Source: Deltaproteobacteria bacterium (GTDB lineage: Bacteria > Myxococcota > UBA727 > JABDBI01). From it: a stretch of 32,888 nt of DNA. This document shows positions 24,727 through 32,888 of this stretch, one piece after another. The stretch is taken from positions 1-32,888 of the forward strand of contig JAESQZ010000163.1 of NCBI GenBank assembly GCA_016764955.1. Direction: 5' to 3'. Numbering within the stretch: the stretch's first letter is position 1; each line of letters starts with the position of its first letter. The notes beneath the pieces are model-generated. The model saw only the letters and a list, made by a program, of their open reading frames with translations, ran no database searches and was not told the origin of the DNA. A program made the position numbers and the translations under genes.

Positions 24727-27219
24727 ATGATTGAAAAAATTAGCTTATCCAGACAAGATCTAGAAGAACTTGAGTGTCTGAAAGTAAATCCAGCAGATAT
24801 TCAAGACGATTACTATGATTACTCAAAAATTGTGGTTAAAAAGCCGTGGGGTTATGAATATCTTATTTTTTCTAATGCCAAAGTCGCCGTCTGGGTTCTT
24901 TATCTTAAACGAGACGCACAAACCTCTGTGCATTGCCATCCCAATAAGAAAACCTCTTTAGTCGTCTTAGAAGGCAAAGTTAATTGTTCGAGCCTTGCGG
25001 GGACACGAGCAAGATCAGCAGGAGAAGGGCTTTTAATTGACAAAGGCGTGTTCCATCAAACAACAGCGGTTTCAAAAACCGGCGCTTTTGTGATGGAAAT
25101 TGAGACGCCCATCAATAAGCGCGATTTGGTTAGGTTAAAAGACAAATATGGACGAGAAGGGAAAGGTTATGAAACCCAAGACCAGTACTGTTTTAATTCG
25201 AAAAATTATAACTATATTTCTTTTCAGAGCAATGTAAAAAAGCATTTTGGACATTGTTCCATGGCATTCAAGAAACTAGTTGATTCAAAAAGTCTCAATG
25301 AAATTTTAGCATTGGACCCTGAAGATGTCGTGTGCCTGCTCGATGGACGGTTGTTAAACGCATCCGGTCATTCTGTTTTAGATATTGGTGACACAGTTGT
25401 TGTCAATGAATTTAGGCAACTGAGACCGGTACAGGTGGATCCAAATTCAGAAATTTTGATTATCAAAAATACAGACCCTATTTCGAAAGTATCAGACATT
25501 GTTTCCAGATTGTTAAATGAAAGAAATGTTAAACCTATTTTTATTGTCCCAGGCGATGCCAATGTTCACCTGCTTGATTCCATCGGAAGATGTGATGGTT
25601 TAAGTTATGTTTGCATGCGAAATGAAAAGAGCGCTTCTTTTGCGGTTGAATCATTTTGTAAATTGCGCTCAACCGTTGGTGCTCTTGTTGTTTCTTCAGG
25701 CTCTTCGGCGATTAGTGCAGTTCCAGGTGTTGCCAATGCCTGGATGGACTCTGTGCCTATGTTGGTGATTTCAGGTCAAGCACGGACAGACCAAAATACA
25801 AAAGGTGGTGTTCGACAATTAAGCGACAAATCTCTCTCTATTACCAACCTAGTCAAGTCTATTACGAAGTATGCGGTTGAGGTGTCGGATCCAGCTCAGA
25901 TTGGCTACCATCTGGATAAGGCTATTTACTTAGCTACTGACGGTAGACCGGGGCCTGTGTGGGTGGATCTTCCTATTGATGTTCAGGGCATGAGTATTCA
26001 TGAAGATGAACTGAGCAAATTTGTTCCTGAAGACAAATCATCTCCTAAGCTAAAAGGACAGATATCGCAGGTCATGGAGATGCTGAAACAGGCATCACGT
26101 CCCGTGATATTAGCTGGGCATGGAATTCGTCAGGCTAAAGCGATAGGAGACTTTTTAGCGCTTATCGAACGACTTAAAATCCCAGTTCTCACTTCTCGAC
26201 GAGGAGCAGATATCATACCCGACGACCATCCTTGGTTTTTTGGTCGACCGGGTGCGTATGGACAACGAAGTGCTAATTTTATTATTCAAAACTGTGATTT
26301 GCTCATCAGTATTGGATCGCGCCTGTCAATTCCGTTGATTGGTCGTAATACTAAAGCCTTTGCCAGAGCAGCTCGTAAAATCGTTGTTGATATTGATGCT
26401 CATGAACTTCAAAAGCCGACTCTCAAAATAGATTTGCCCATTGCTTTGGATGCAGGCGAATTTATTAGAGAGTGCTTGACATTTTTGCCAGATTCGCTGC
26501 CTTCATGTGCTGCTTGGCTTGGGCGCTGCCAAGATTGGCGAGCTAAATTTCCACCTGTCTTATCAAACGACAGTCTATCTTTTGTAAGAATGCTATCAGA
26601 CGAGATGAATGAAAATGATGTCATTGTAGCGGATGGAGGAGCCAGTTTGATTTATGCTCTGCAGGCTTTTTGCTTTAAATCAGGGCAAAGGCTGATCAGT
26701 TCGACGGGACTTGAGCTGCCTGGATTTGCTTTACCAGCAGCGATTGGAGCTTGTATCGCCAGAGACAGCAAATCCATTGTTTGTCTTTGTGAAGACCATG
26801 GATTCCAAAACAATCTGCAAGAATTACAGACAATTATTGATTATCAATTACCTATCAAAATTCTGATTTTGAAAAGCAGAGGGCATTCTATTATCCGCAA
26901 TATACAACGAGATTATTTTGGGAGTCGCTTTGTCGGGACAGATCACGAGATCCGGTTGGGTTCAACGTCTTTGGCACGAATTGCTGAAATATTTGGTTTT
27001 CCAGGTGCAACCACTTTGCAAGAGTTGTTAAAAATCAAAGGACCAGCCGTTTTTGAAGTACAGATCGAAGACGATCAAGATCAAATTCCACGTCCTGGGT
27101 TTATTATTCGGGAAGATCGAAAATGGATGGCCAAGCCACTGGAGGATATGGTTCCATTTTTAGACCGAAAGACATTTCAAGAGAACATGATGATTGATGT
27201 TATTCAGGATGAACTGTGA
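24727..27219 (+). CDS. Fusion of an N-terminal sugar-type cupin (PMI type II-like) to a ThDP-enzyme (acetolactate-synthase-like) body with a degenerate ThDP-Mg motif
   Basis: aa ~35-135: VVKKPWGYEYLIF...SVHCHPNKKTSLVVLEG...GVFHQT is the cupin. From about nt 25491 the sequence aligns to the downstream ThDP enzyme (KYAVEVSDPAQIGYHLDKAIYLATDGRPGPVWVDLP). The PP-domain motif reads CEDHG...ILKSRGH instead of GDG...NNGG. Confidence 0.7.
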   Translation: MIEKISLSRQDLEELECLKVNPADIQDDYYDYSKIVVKKPWGYEYLIFSNAKVAVWVLYLKRDAQTSVHCHPNKKTSLVVLEGKVNCSSLAGTRARSAGEGLLIDKGVFHQTTAVSKTGAFVMEIETPINKRDLVRLKDKYGREGKGYETQDQYCFNSKNYNYISFQSNVKKHFGHCSMAFKKLVDSKSLNEILALDPEDVVCLLDGRLLNASGHSVLDIGDTVVVNEFRQLRPVQVDPNSEILIIKNTDPISKVSDIVSRLLNERNVKPIFIVPGDANVHLLDSIGRCDGLSYVCMRNEKSASFAVESFCKLRSTVGALVVSSGSSAISAVPGVANAWMDSVPMLVISGQARTDQNTKGGVRQLSDKSLSITNLVKSITKYAVEVSDPAQIGYHLDKAIYLATDGRPGPVWVDLPIDVQGMSIHEDELSKFVPEDKSSPKLKGQISQVMEMLKQASRPVILAGHGIRQAKAIGDFLALIERLKIPVLTSRRGADIIPDDHPWFFGRPGAYGQRSANFIIQNCDLLISIGSRLSIPLIGRNTKAFARAARKIVVDIDAHELQKPTLKIDLPIALDAGEFIRECLTFLPDSLPSCAAWLGRCQDWRAKFPPVLSNDSLSFVRMLSDEMNENDVIVADGGASLIYALQAFCFKSGQRLISSTGLELPGFALPAAIGACIARDSKSIVCLCEDHGFQNNLQELQTIIDYQLPIKILILKSRGHSIIRNIQRDYFGSRFVGTDHEIRLGSTSLARIAEIFGFPGATTLQELLKIKGPAVFEVQIEDDQDQIPRPGFIIREDRKWMAKPLEDMVPFLDRKTFQENMMIDVIQDEL

Positions 27220-27232
27220 AGGGATTAGTTTG

Positions 27233-29029
27233 ATGCGCGTTGCTGACTATGTGATTCAGTTTTTTGAAAACCTCGGGGTGGAGCATATCTTCACAGTTTC
27301 AGGAGGCGGATCGATTTTTCTTTGCGATGCTTTAGGGACTGCCAAAAAAATGAAATATGTGGCTTGCCATCATGAGCAAGCGGCATCTATGGCCACAGAA
27401 GCCTATGCGAGAGTTCGCAATGATTTAGGTGTGACTTTGGTGACAGTAGGGCCTGGTGCTACCAATACGGTAACGGGGGTGGCAGGATCTTGGTTGGACC
27501 ACGTTCCGCATGTTACAATTTCAGGACAAATATTTTTAAATCAAACCATTTGCAAAAACCCTGGGTTGCGCACAATGGGTGTGCAAGAGATTGATATTGT
27601 CAGCATTGTTAAGCCCATTACGAAATATGCGGTGATGATAGAAGATGCGACTAAGATTCGTTACCATCTTGAAAAGGCTGTCTATTTAGCAACACATGGC
27701 AGGCCAGGTCCAGTTTGGATTGATATTCCAGGCGATATTCAAAAAGCTGAGATTGATCCTAAACTCCTCCATGGATTTGAACCTGAAGAATCGTCTGTAT
27801 CAATCGAACCCGAATTAAAAGAAAAAGTGAAGTGCTTTATTAAGCTGTTACAGGCAGCAAAACGGCCTTTGTTGCATGTCGGGCAAGGGGTTCGGATTTC
27901 CGGTGCCGAAGGAGAAATGTTTGAACTGATAGAAAAATATAAACTTCCCTTTGTTACAGCTCGAAATGCAAATGATATTACCTCGTCTGACCATGAACTC
28001 TTCGTTGGTCGTCCTGGAACATTTGCGCAGCGAGGTGCTAACTTCGCAGTTCAGACATCTGACTTGTATCTTGCCGTTGGAACACGTTTATCACTTTCTC
28101 AAACGGGATTTAACTCTCACGATTATGCGCGCAATGCCAAGACTGTTATGGTAGATGTTGACTGGGCAGAGTTAAATAAAAAGACTTTGAAGCTCGATTT
28201 GAAGATTCAGGCAGATGCGAAATTATTTTTTCAAGAGTTACTACGCCAATTATCTGAGGAAGACCTGAATACGCACCAATGGGCTTCGTGGATAGAAAAA
28301 TGTCAAACGTGGAAACATCGATACCCGGTTGTTCTCCCAGAATTTCGTGAGCAAGTTGATAGCATTAATTCTTATCATTTTATTGATGTTCTATCAGATG
28401 TTTTGACTCCAGAAGATACGATTGTAACAGATATGGGCTTCGCCTTCCAGAATACACACCAGGCCTTTCGAGTTAAAAAAGGTCAAAGAATGTTCACCAA
28501 TTGTGGTTTAGCCTCTATGGGCTGGGGTTTGCCGGCAGCAGTTGGAGCTTGTTTTGGCAGCGGTAAAAAGAGAACGATTTGTTTGGCTGGCGAAGGGGGA
28601 CTGATGATGACCATCCAAGAGATGGCGACGATTATGCATCATCGTCTTCCAGTAAAGTTGTTTGTTTTCAATAATGGTGGTTATCTGACGATTAAGCAAA
28701 CGCAAGAGTTTGGATTTGGTGGCCGTTTGATGGGGATTAATGCCGAAACTGGACTTTCGTTCCCAGATTTCATGAAAATTGCTGAGGCTTATCAATTCAA
28801 GGCGCTTCGTCTGGATTCGCATGAAAGTCTCAGGCAACGCCTAGAAGAAGTTGTTAATTTCGAGGGCCCGGTTTTTTGTGAAATTATGATGGATCATAAT
28901 CAGTTGCAAGCACCACGAGCGGTCAATCGAAAAAATTCTGATGGCACCATGAAACAAACTCCGCTCGAAGATAGTTATCCATTTTTGGATCAGAGAGAAG
29001 TTCAAGAAAATCTAAACATTGCTAGTTAG
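27233..29029 (+). CDS. Thiamine-diphosphate-dependent enzyme, acetolactate synthase large-subunit/YerE-like
   Basis: MRVADYVIQFFENLGVEHIFTVSGGG, CHHEQAASMATEAYAR (catalytic Glu), GPGATN, RPGPVWIDIP and LAGEGGLMMTIQEMATIMHHRLPVKLFVFNNGGY (ThDP-Mg motif with GEG in place of GDG). The ORF track opens at 27194; ATG 27233 gives the family-typical N-terminus. Confidence 0.8.
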   Translation: MRVADYVIQFFENLGVEHIFTVSGGGSIFLCDALGTAKKMKYVACHHEQAASMATEAYARVRNDLGVTLVTVGPGATNTVTGVAGSWLDHVPHVTISGQIFLNQTICKNPGLRTMGVQEIDIVSIVKPITKYAVMIEDATKIRYHLEKAVYLATHGRPGPVWIDIPGDIQKAEIDPKLLHGFEPEESSVSIEPELKEKVKCFIKLLQAAKRPLLHVGQGVRISGAEGEMFELIEKYKLPFVTARNANDITSSDHELFVGRPGTFAQRGANFAVQTSDLYLAVGTRLSLSQTGFNSHDYARNAKTVMVDVDWAELNKKTLKLDLKIQADAKLFFQELLRQLSEEDLNTHQWASWIEKCQTWKHRYPVVLPEFREQVDSINSYHFIDVLSDVLTPEDTIVTDMGFAFQNTHQAFRVKKGQRMFTNCGLASMGWGLPAAVGACFGSGKKRTICLAGEGGLMMTIQEMATIMHHRLPVKLFVFNNGGYLTIKQTQEFGFGGRLMGINAETGLSFPDFMKIAEAYQFKALRLDSHESLRQRLEEVVNFEGPVFCEIMMDHNQLQAPRAVNRKNSDGTMKQTPLEDSYPFLDQREVQENLNIAS

Positions 29030-29038
29030 GAGAAAAAA

Positions 29039-29560
29039 ATGCAAAAAAAAGCGATTATTATGGCGGGGAAATTGATTCAGGATCACGAGTTTATCTATCC
29101 GTATTATCGACTTCAAGAAGAAGAATTCGAAGTCGATGTTGCCGTCAGAGGGAAAGAGACGGTAACGGGTTTTCTTGGAGCCAAGGTGGTTCCGACGAAA
29201 GATATTCCGGAACTCAAGGTTGAAGATTACCAGGTTTTGGTTTTGCCAGGTGGCGCTAAAGCTATGGAGTATATGAGGCAGGACCAAGATATTTTGAACT
29301 TTATCGCTGATTTTCACGCTTCTGGTAAAGTGATCGCTTCGATTTGCCATGCTGGTCAGTTATTAATCTCGGCCAAGCTGGTGAAAGACAGAAAAATATC
29401 AGCCTATTATAGTATCAAAGACGATGTTAATAATGCCGGTGGAACTTATATCGATGCGCCTTTTGTTACGGATGATCGCATTGTAAGCTGTCCTCACTAC
29501 AAGCATCTAGGCCCATGGATGAAAGAAGTTATTCATCAAGTCCAGAAGACCTGTGGATGA
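29039..29560 (+). CDS. DJ-1/PfpI-family protein (class I glutamine amidotransferase-like fold)
   Basis: A 173-aa protein with VLVLPGG, KVIASICHAGQLL (nucleophile-elbow Cys followed by His, as in PfpI) and DDRIVSCPHY. The RBS TAGGAG lies upstream. Confidence 0.7.
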   Translation: MQKKAIIMAGKLIQDHEFIYPYYRLQEEEFEVDVAVRGKETVTGFLGAKVVPTKDIPELKVEDYQVLVLPGGAKAMEYMRQDQDILNFIADFHASGKVIASICHAGQLLISAKLVKDRKISAYYSIKDDVNNAGGTYIDAPFVTDDRIVSCPHYKHLGPWMKEVIHQVQKTCG

Positions 29561-30201
29561 TTAGATTTAAAGGCATTTTGTTTGATTTCGATGGCACATT
29601 GGCAGACACGATGCCTGGGCATTATATGGCCTGGAAAAGTGCTCTTTCAGAGCATGGTATTGATGTTCAGGCAAACGATTATTATCCCCTGGAAGGGATG
29701 CAGCTTCATGAAATCGCCATGAAATTAACAAGGGAGCAACGTTGGACAAGAAATGCGATCGATGAGCTCGTTCAACGAAAGAAGCGGTGCTATGTTAATA
29801 AGAAATCGGTGAGGTTATATCCAGGTGTAAACTCTCTCATCGCAGAGCTCAAGGCACAGCGAATTCCGATGGGTATTGTAACAGCAGGACATCTCGATCA
29901 ATTGCAGTTGTCAGCTCCGATAGAATTTTTAAAAAAATTTGATGCACTCATAACGGGCGATCAAGTTTCGAAGGGGAAGCCTCATCCAGAGCCTTATTTG
30001 CGAGGAGCCAAGGCACTTGGACTGGATCCACAAGAGTGCATTGCCGTGGAAAATGCGCCGCTAGGAGTTCAATCAGCGAAGCAGGCAGGGACATATTGTA
30101 TTGCAATTTGTTCAACAGTTAGCAGACAAGATCTGTTGGGTGCCGATGAAATTTTGGATCGATTTGAAGAATTGAAAACATGCGCGAATTTGATATTTTA
30201 A
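29557..30201 (+). CDS. HAD-superfamily hydrolase (beta-phosphoglucomutase/phosphatase-like)
   Basis: MIRFKGILFDFDGTLADT (DxDGT), VTAG, SKGKPHPEPY and VENAPLGVQSAKQAG. ATG 29557 forms an ATGA overlap with the pfpI-like stop. The ORF track opens at 29515. Confidence 0.75.
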   Translation: MIRFKGILFDFDGTLADTMPGHYMAWKSALSEHGIDVQANDYYPLEGMQLHEIAMKLTREQRWTRNAIDELVQRKKRCYVNKKSVRLYPGVNSLIAELKAQRIPMGIVTAGHLDQLQLSAPIEFLKKFDALITGDQVSKGKPHPEPYLRGAKALGLDPQECIAVENAPLGVQSAKQAGTYCIAICSTVSRQDLLGADEILDRFEELKTCANLIF

Positions 30202-30878
30202 AAGGTTACCCGGAGCCGAAAGAACCTCGATGGGTTCACCAAAACATTAGAACAATTCAAAATCGTATCAACGCCTCCTATCGAGATCGAAAATTCTACG
30301 ACGGAGATCGAAATGATGGATATGGGGGTTTTCAGTACGATGGGCGATGGGAACCGATTGCTCGGAATATTTGTAAAAAATATGCTCTCGATGATCAGTC
30401 TGCTATTTTACAAATTGGATGTGACAAAGGATTTCTACTCCACGAATTGTTACAATTGCATCCAGGCATGGAAGTAGTTGGGACTGAAATCTCTGATTAT
30501 GCAATTGCTTGTGGAATGCCCTTGGTCAAACCAAAGATTCAAAAAACGCCATTCCAAACTTTGCCTTTTCGAGATGGAAAATTTGATTTCGTGATTGCTA
30601 TTGGAGCTGTCTATACGCTGAATTTGTCGGATGCCATCGCTTGTCTCAAAGAGATTCAGCGAGTTTCCAAGGGAAAAAGTTTTATTACGCTGGGTGCTTA
30701 TGATGGCGAAGAAGACTTCCGTTTGTTTAGATATTGGACATTGTTGGGGTGCACTGTTTTACCCAAGTCAGATTGGATCGAAGTGCTCAAACATGTAGGT
30801 TATACTGGTGACTATAAATTTAATACTGCTGGTTCATTGAATCTAAAGGAGGCGTTTGATGTTAAATCGCTACAATGA
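30180..30878 (+). CDS. Class I SAM-dependent methyltransferase
   Basis: ILQIGCDKGFLLHEL (motif I variant), VVGTEIS (acidic residue at the end of beta-2) and FDFVIAIGAVY (motif III/IV region). The target is unknown. Confidence 0.65.
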   Translation: MREFDILKGYPEPKEPRWVHQNIRTIQNRINASYRDRKFYDGDRNDGYGGFQYDGRWEPIARNICKKYALDDQSAILQIGCDKGFLLHELLQLHPGMEVVGTEISDYAIACGMPLVKPKIQKTPFQTLPFRDGKFDFVIAIGAVYTLNLSDAIACLKEIQRVSKGKSFITLGAYDGEEDFRLFRYWTLLGCTVLPKSDWIEVLKHVGYTGDYKFNTAGSLNLKEAFDVKSLQ

Positions 30879-31719
30879 GCTTTGGAATAAAATTGATAAC
30901 GAAGACACAAGGCCCCGTTTTGCGCGTCATATTATCGAGATGGCCTACGATGAATTTGAAGCAAAAGTTTTGGAGCAGAATCCAGGGTTTGTAAAAGAAA
31001 CAGTTGAATCGTTGTACTCAGGCGATGTTTATTTGCTTAAAAATGGTTTTTCAAAACAATTTATGGAGCGTTTAATTGATAAAGTGTTCCATGTTTTTCA
31101 ATCTGGACCATCAAGATTTTATAAAATGCTGGAGGGGTGCCCTAATTTTCATCGAATTCATGATGAGGAGGCTTCAAAAAAATACATTTTTCAATCAGTT
31201 CGACATTCATATTACTGGTTCCCTTGGAATGGCGATTCTATGGGTGTGAATCAGGGAATCATGAAACGCTGGAGAATTTTTAAATTTCTAGGTGGTTTTC
31301 GACTAGATGAGTATGAAAACAATACGCCAAAAGATGGGGTTGTTGATCGTTTTCAAGTGGCCAGATACCTGCCTGGGATAGGTCGTGTTGAAACCCATTC
31401 TGATCCATTTCAAAATCAAAGATTTTTTATTTCTGGTTTTATGAGTAAACGTGGAGTTGACTATGAAAAAGGTGGGTTTTATGTGGTTTCCCCAGGAAAC
31501 AAATTGAAAGACATCGAAGAGTTTGTTGATGTTGGGGATATTAGTATTGGCTACGCAACTATTTTGCACGGTGTTGATTTGGTAGATCCAGGCAGACCAG
31601 TAGACTGGGCTAAGAATGATGGTCGTTGGTGGTTCGGAGTATATAGTAATTCAACAGATGCAGTGCCTAATCGAGCCATAGGTAAGCCTGTACGGATATC
31701 TTTGACGCGTGAAAGCTAA
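30859..31719 (+). CDS. Hypothetical protein, possible Fe(II)/2-oxoglutarate-dependent oxygenase-like fold
   Basis: A strong RBS AAGGAGG lies 6 nt before ATG 30859. RVETHSDP (HxD) is followed about 60 aa later by YATILHGVD...GR, which fits an HxD...H...R facial-triad layout. No stronger family signature was recognised. Confidence 0.35.
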   Translation: MLNRYNELWNKIDNEDTRPRFARHIIEMAYDEFEAKVLEQNPGFVKETVESLYSGDVYLLKNGFSKQFMERLIDKVFHVFQSGPSRFYKMLEGCPNFHRIHDEEASKKYIFQSVRHSYYWFPWNGDSMGVNQGIMKRWRIFKFLGGFRLDEYENNTPKDGVVDRFQVARYLPGIGRVETHSDPFQNQRFFISGFMSKRGVDYEKGGFYVVSPGNKLKDIEEFVDVGDISIGYATILHGVDLVDPGRPVDWAKNDGRWWFGVYSNSTDAVPNRAIGKPVRISLTRES

Positions 31720-32467
31720 ACGAATTTTAATTACAGGCGCATCGAAGGGGCTGGGTGCTGTTGCTGCGAAAGCATTTGCCAGTCAGGGAGCCCATATAGC
31801 TCTGGTTGCACGTTCAGGAGAACATTTGGAGCGAATTTGTCAATCGTGTGAATTTCCTGAAAGACATAGAATTTTTACTACCGATTTGATGCAAATGACA
31901 AAAATCCAATCTGTCGTACAAGAGATAAAAGAATTTCTCGGTGGTATCGATATTGTTCTTCATGCAGCTGGAGGTGGACTCGGATTGCGAGAAGACTTGC
32001 TTGGGCACGAGGATTTTTCGAAACTCTTTGCCTTGAATCTTGGAGCGGCTGCTGAGATCAATCGCTGGGTTGTACCCTCTATGAAAGATCAAAACTTTGG
32101 CAATCTTGTTCACGTAGGATCGATCGCGTCTAGTGAAGGCATTGGGTCTGTTGGTTATAACACAGTGAAGGCAGCTTTAGCCGCTTATGTTCGAAGTCTT
32201 GGCCGAGAATTGGCACGCTTTAATATTGTGGCAACAGGAATCCTACCAGGTGGATTTATCGCTCCTGAGAATGCCATGGCTAGACTTCAAGAAAACAAGC
32301 CAGATGTCTATCAAAAATTTACTGAAGAACGTTTGCCTCGAAAAAAAATGGGTGAAGCCGAAGAGTTGATACCTATTCTGACACTTCTATGCTCTGAAGG
32401 GGCTTCGATGATGGGTGGGTGTCTTGTGCCCATCGATGCTGGAGAAGGAAGAGCTTACTGCGCTTAA
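31709..32467 (+). CDS. Classical short-chain dehydrogenase/reductase (SDR)
   Basis: ILITGASKGLGAVAAKAFASQGA (TGxxxGxG), HAAGG, GSIASS and YNTVKAAL (YxxxK). GTG start at 31709. Confidence 0.8.
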   Translation: MKAKRILITGASKGLGAVAAKAFASQGAHIALVARSGEHLERICQSCEFPERHRIFTTDLMQMTKIQSVVQEIKEFLGGIDIVLHAAGGGLGLREDLLGHEDFSKLFALNLGAAAEINRWVVPSMKDQNFGNLVHVGSIASSEGIGSVGYNTVKAALAAYVRSLGRELARFNIVATGILPGGFIAPENAMARLQENKPDVYQKFTEERLPRKKMGEAEELIPILTLLCSEGASMMGGCLVPIDAGEGRAYCA

Positions 32468-32481
32468 ATTTGGAGATGACA

Positions 32482-32888
32482 ATGCCATCGTATTTTGTGC
32501 CTTACGCAGCCTTATCGATCGAGGCTTCACGGATCAAAGATGAGCTTATGCGAGCCATCGAGAAAGTGCTTGATGGTGGTCGCTATATACTCGGGCCGGA
32601 AGTAGGTGGTTTTGAGTCTGAGTTTGCAAAATATTGCCAGACAGAGTTCGCCTGTGGTGTCGATAATGGAACCAGTGCTCTGTTTCTGGCACTTCGCGCA
32701 ATGGGTATACAAGAAGGTGATGAGGTTATTACGGCTCCAAACTCGTTTGTTGCCTCTGCTTCTTCTATTGTATTAGCGGGTGCAAAACCTGTATTTATAG
32801 ATATAGCCAATGATGGCAATATAGATCCACAAAGGCTTGAAGAAGCGATTACCCCCAAAACTCGAGCCATCATGCCCGTGCATTTGAC
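32482..32888 (+). CDS. DegT/DnrJ/EryC1/StrS-family PLP-dependent sugar aminotransferase, 5' part only (runs off the window end)
   Basis: This ORF is not in the track because it has no stop in the window. GGAG lies 6 nt upstream. The translation is MPSYFVPYAALSIEASRIKDELMRAIEKVLDGGRYILGPEVGGFESEFAKYCQTEFACGVDNGTSALFLALRAMGIQEGDEVITAPNSFVASA...RAIMPVHL, a typical N-terminal half of the family. Confidence 0.8.
   Translation, partial: MPSYFVPYAALSIEASRIKDELMRAIEKVLDGGRYILGPEVGGFESEFAKYCQTEFACGVDNGTSALFLALRAMGIQEGDEVITAPNSFVASASSIVLAGAKPVFIDIANDGNIDPQRLEEAITPKTRAIMPVHL

Noticed and set aside
1-32888. A scan for tRNA, rRNA, CRISPR repeats, long direct or inverted repeats, and Rho-independent terminators.
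   Set aside because: I saw no repeat-spacer periodicity, no cloverleaf-like or rRNA-like segments, and no GC-rich hairpin followed by a T-run in the few intergenic gaps (7904-8449, 15349-15407). The scan was by eye only, so short or imperfect elements could have been missed.

Overview
This window is a surface-glycan biosynthesis super-locus. Every gene is on the plus strand, and many neighbours overlap by 1-30 nt at stop/start. The host is moderately AT-rich and probably Gram-negative. I saw no rRNA, tRNA, CRISPR array or intact mobile element.

Module A (126-7903) is a complete CMP-pseudaminic acid set: pseB, a fused pseG-pseH, pseI, pseC and an SpsF-type pseF. It is followed by the HisH/HisF/PP-loop amidotransferase trio that makes acetamidino sugars.

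The junction (7904-8466) is a non-coding scar. It holds a minus-strand relic of an IS91-family transposase C-terminus and a 41-codon 3' fragment of a second pseF.

Module B (8450-14131) is a visibly more AT-rich island. It carries a frameshifted second pseI, an AGAT/StrB1-type amidinotransferase with intact catalytic motifs, a HAD phosphatase, a degenerate-Nudix protein, and a 659-aa orphan with a C-terminal RPHP motif (candidate nonulosonate transferase). An lhgO-like flavoenzyme sits at 14149-15348.

Module C (15408 to the window end) starts with heptose activation: gmhA, gmhB, a transaldolase and a domain-swapped hldE. These are coupled to four extended SDRs (one a GMD-type 4,6-dehydratase), a Gfo/Idh/MocA oxidoreductase and a frameshifted Ugd-like gene lacking the catalytic Cys. 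Two tandem ThDP enzymes follow, the first cupin-fused with a degenerate ThDP-Mg motif. The module ends with DJ-1/PfpI, HAD, a SAM methyltransferase, an HxD..H protein, a classical SDR and a truncated DegT aminotransferase.

The most promising novelty is module C as a route to a ThDP-branched or chain-extended heptose, and the amidinotransferase embedded in a nonulosonic-acid locus. All function calls rest on my reading of motifs in the translations. No database search was run.
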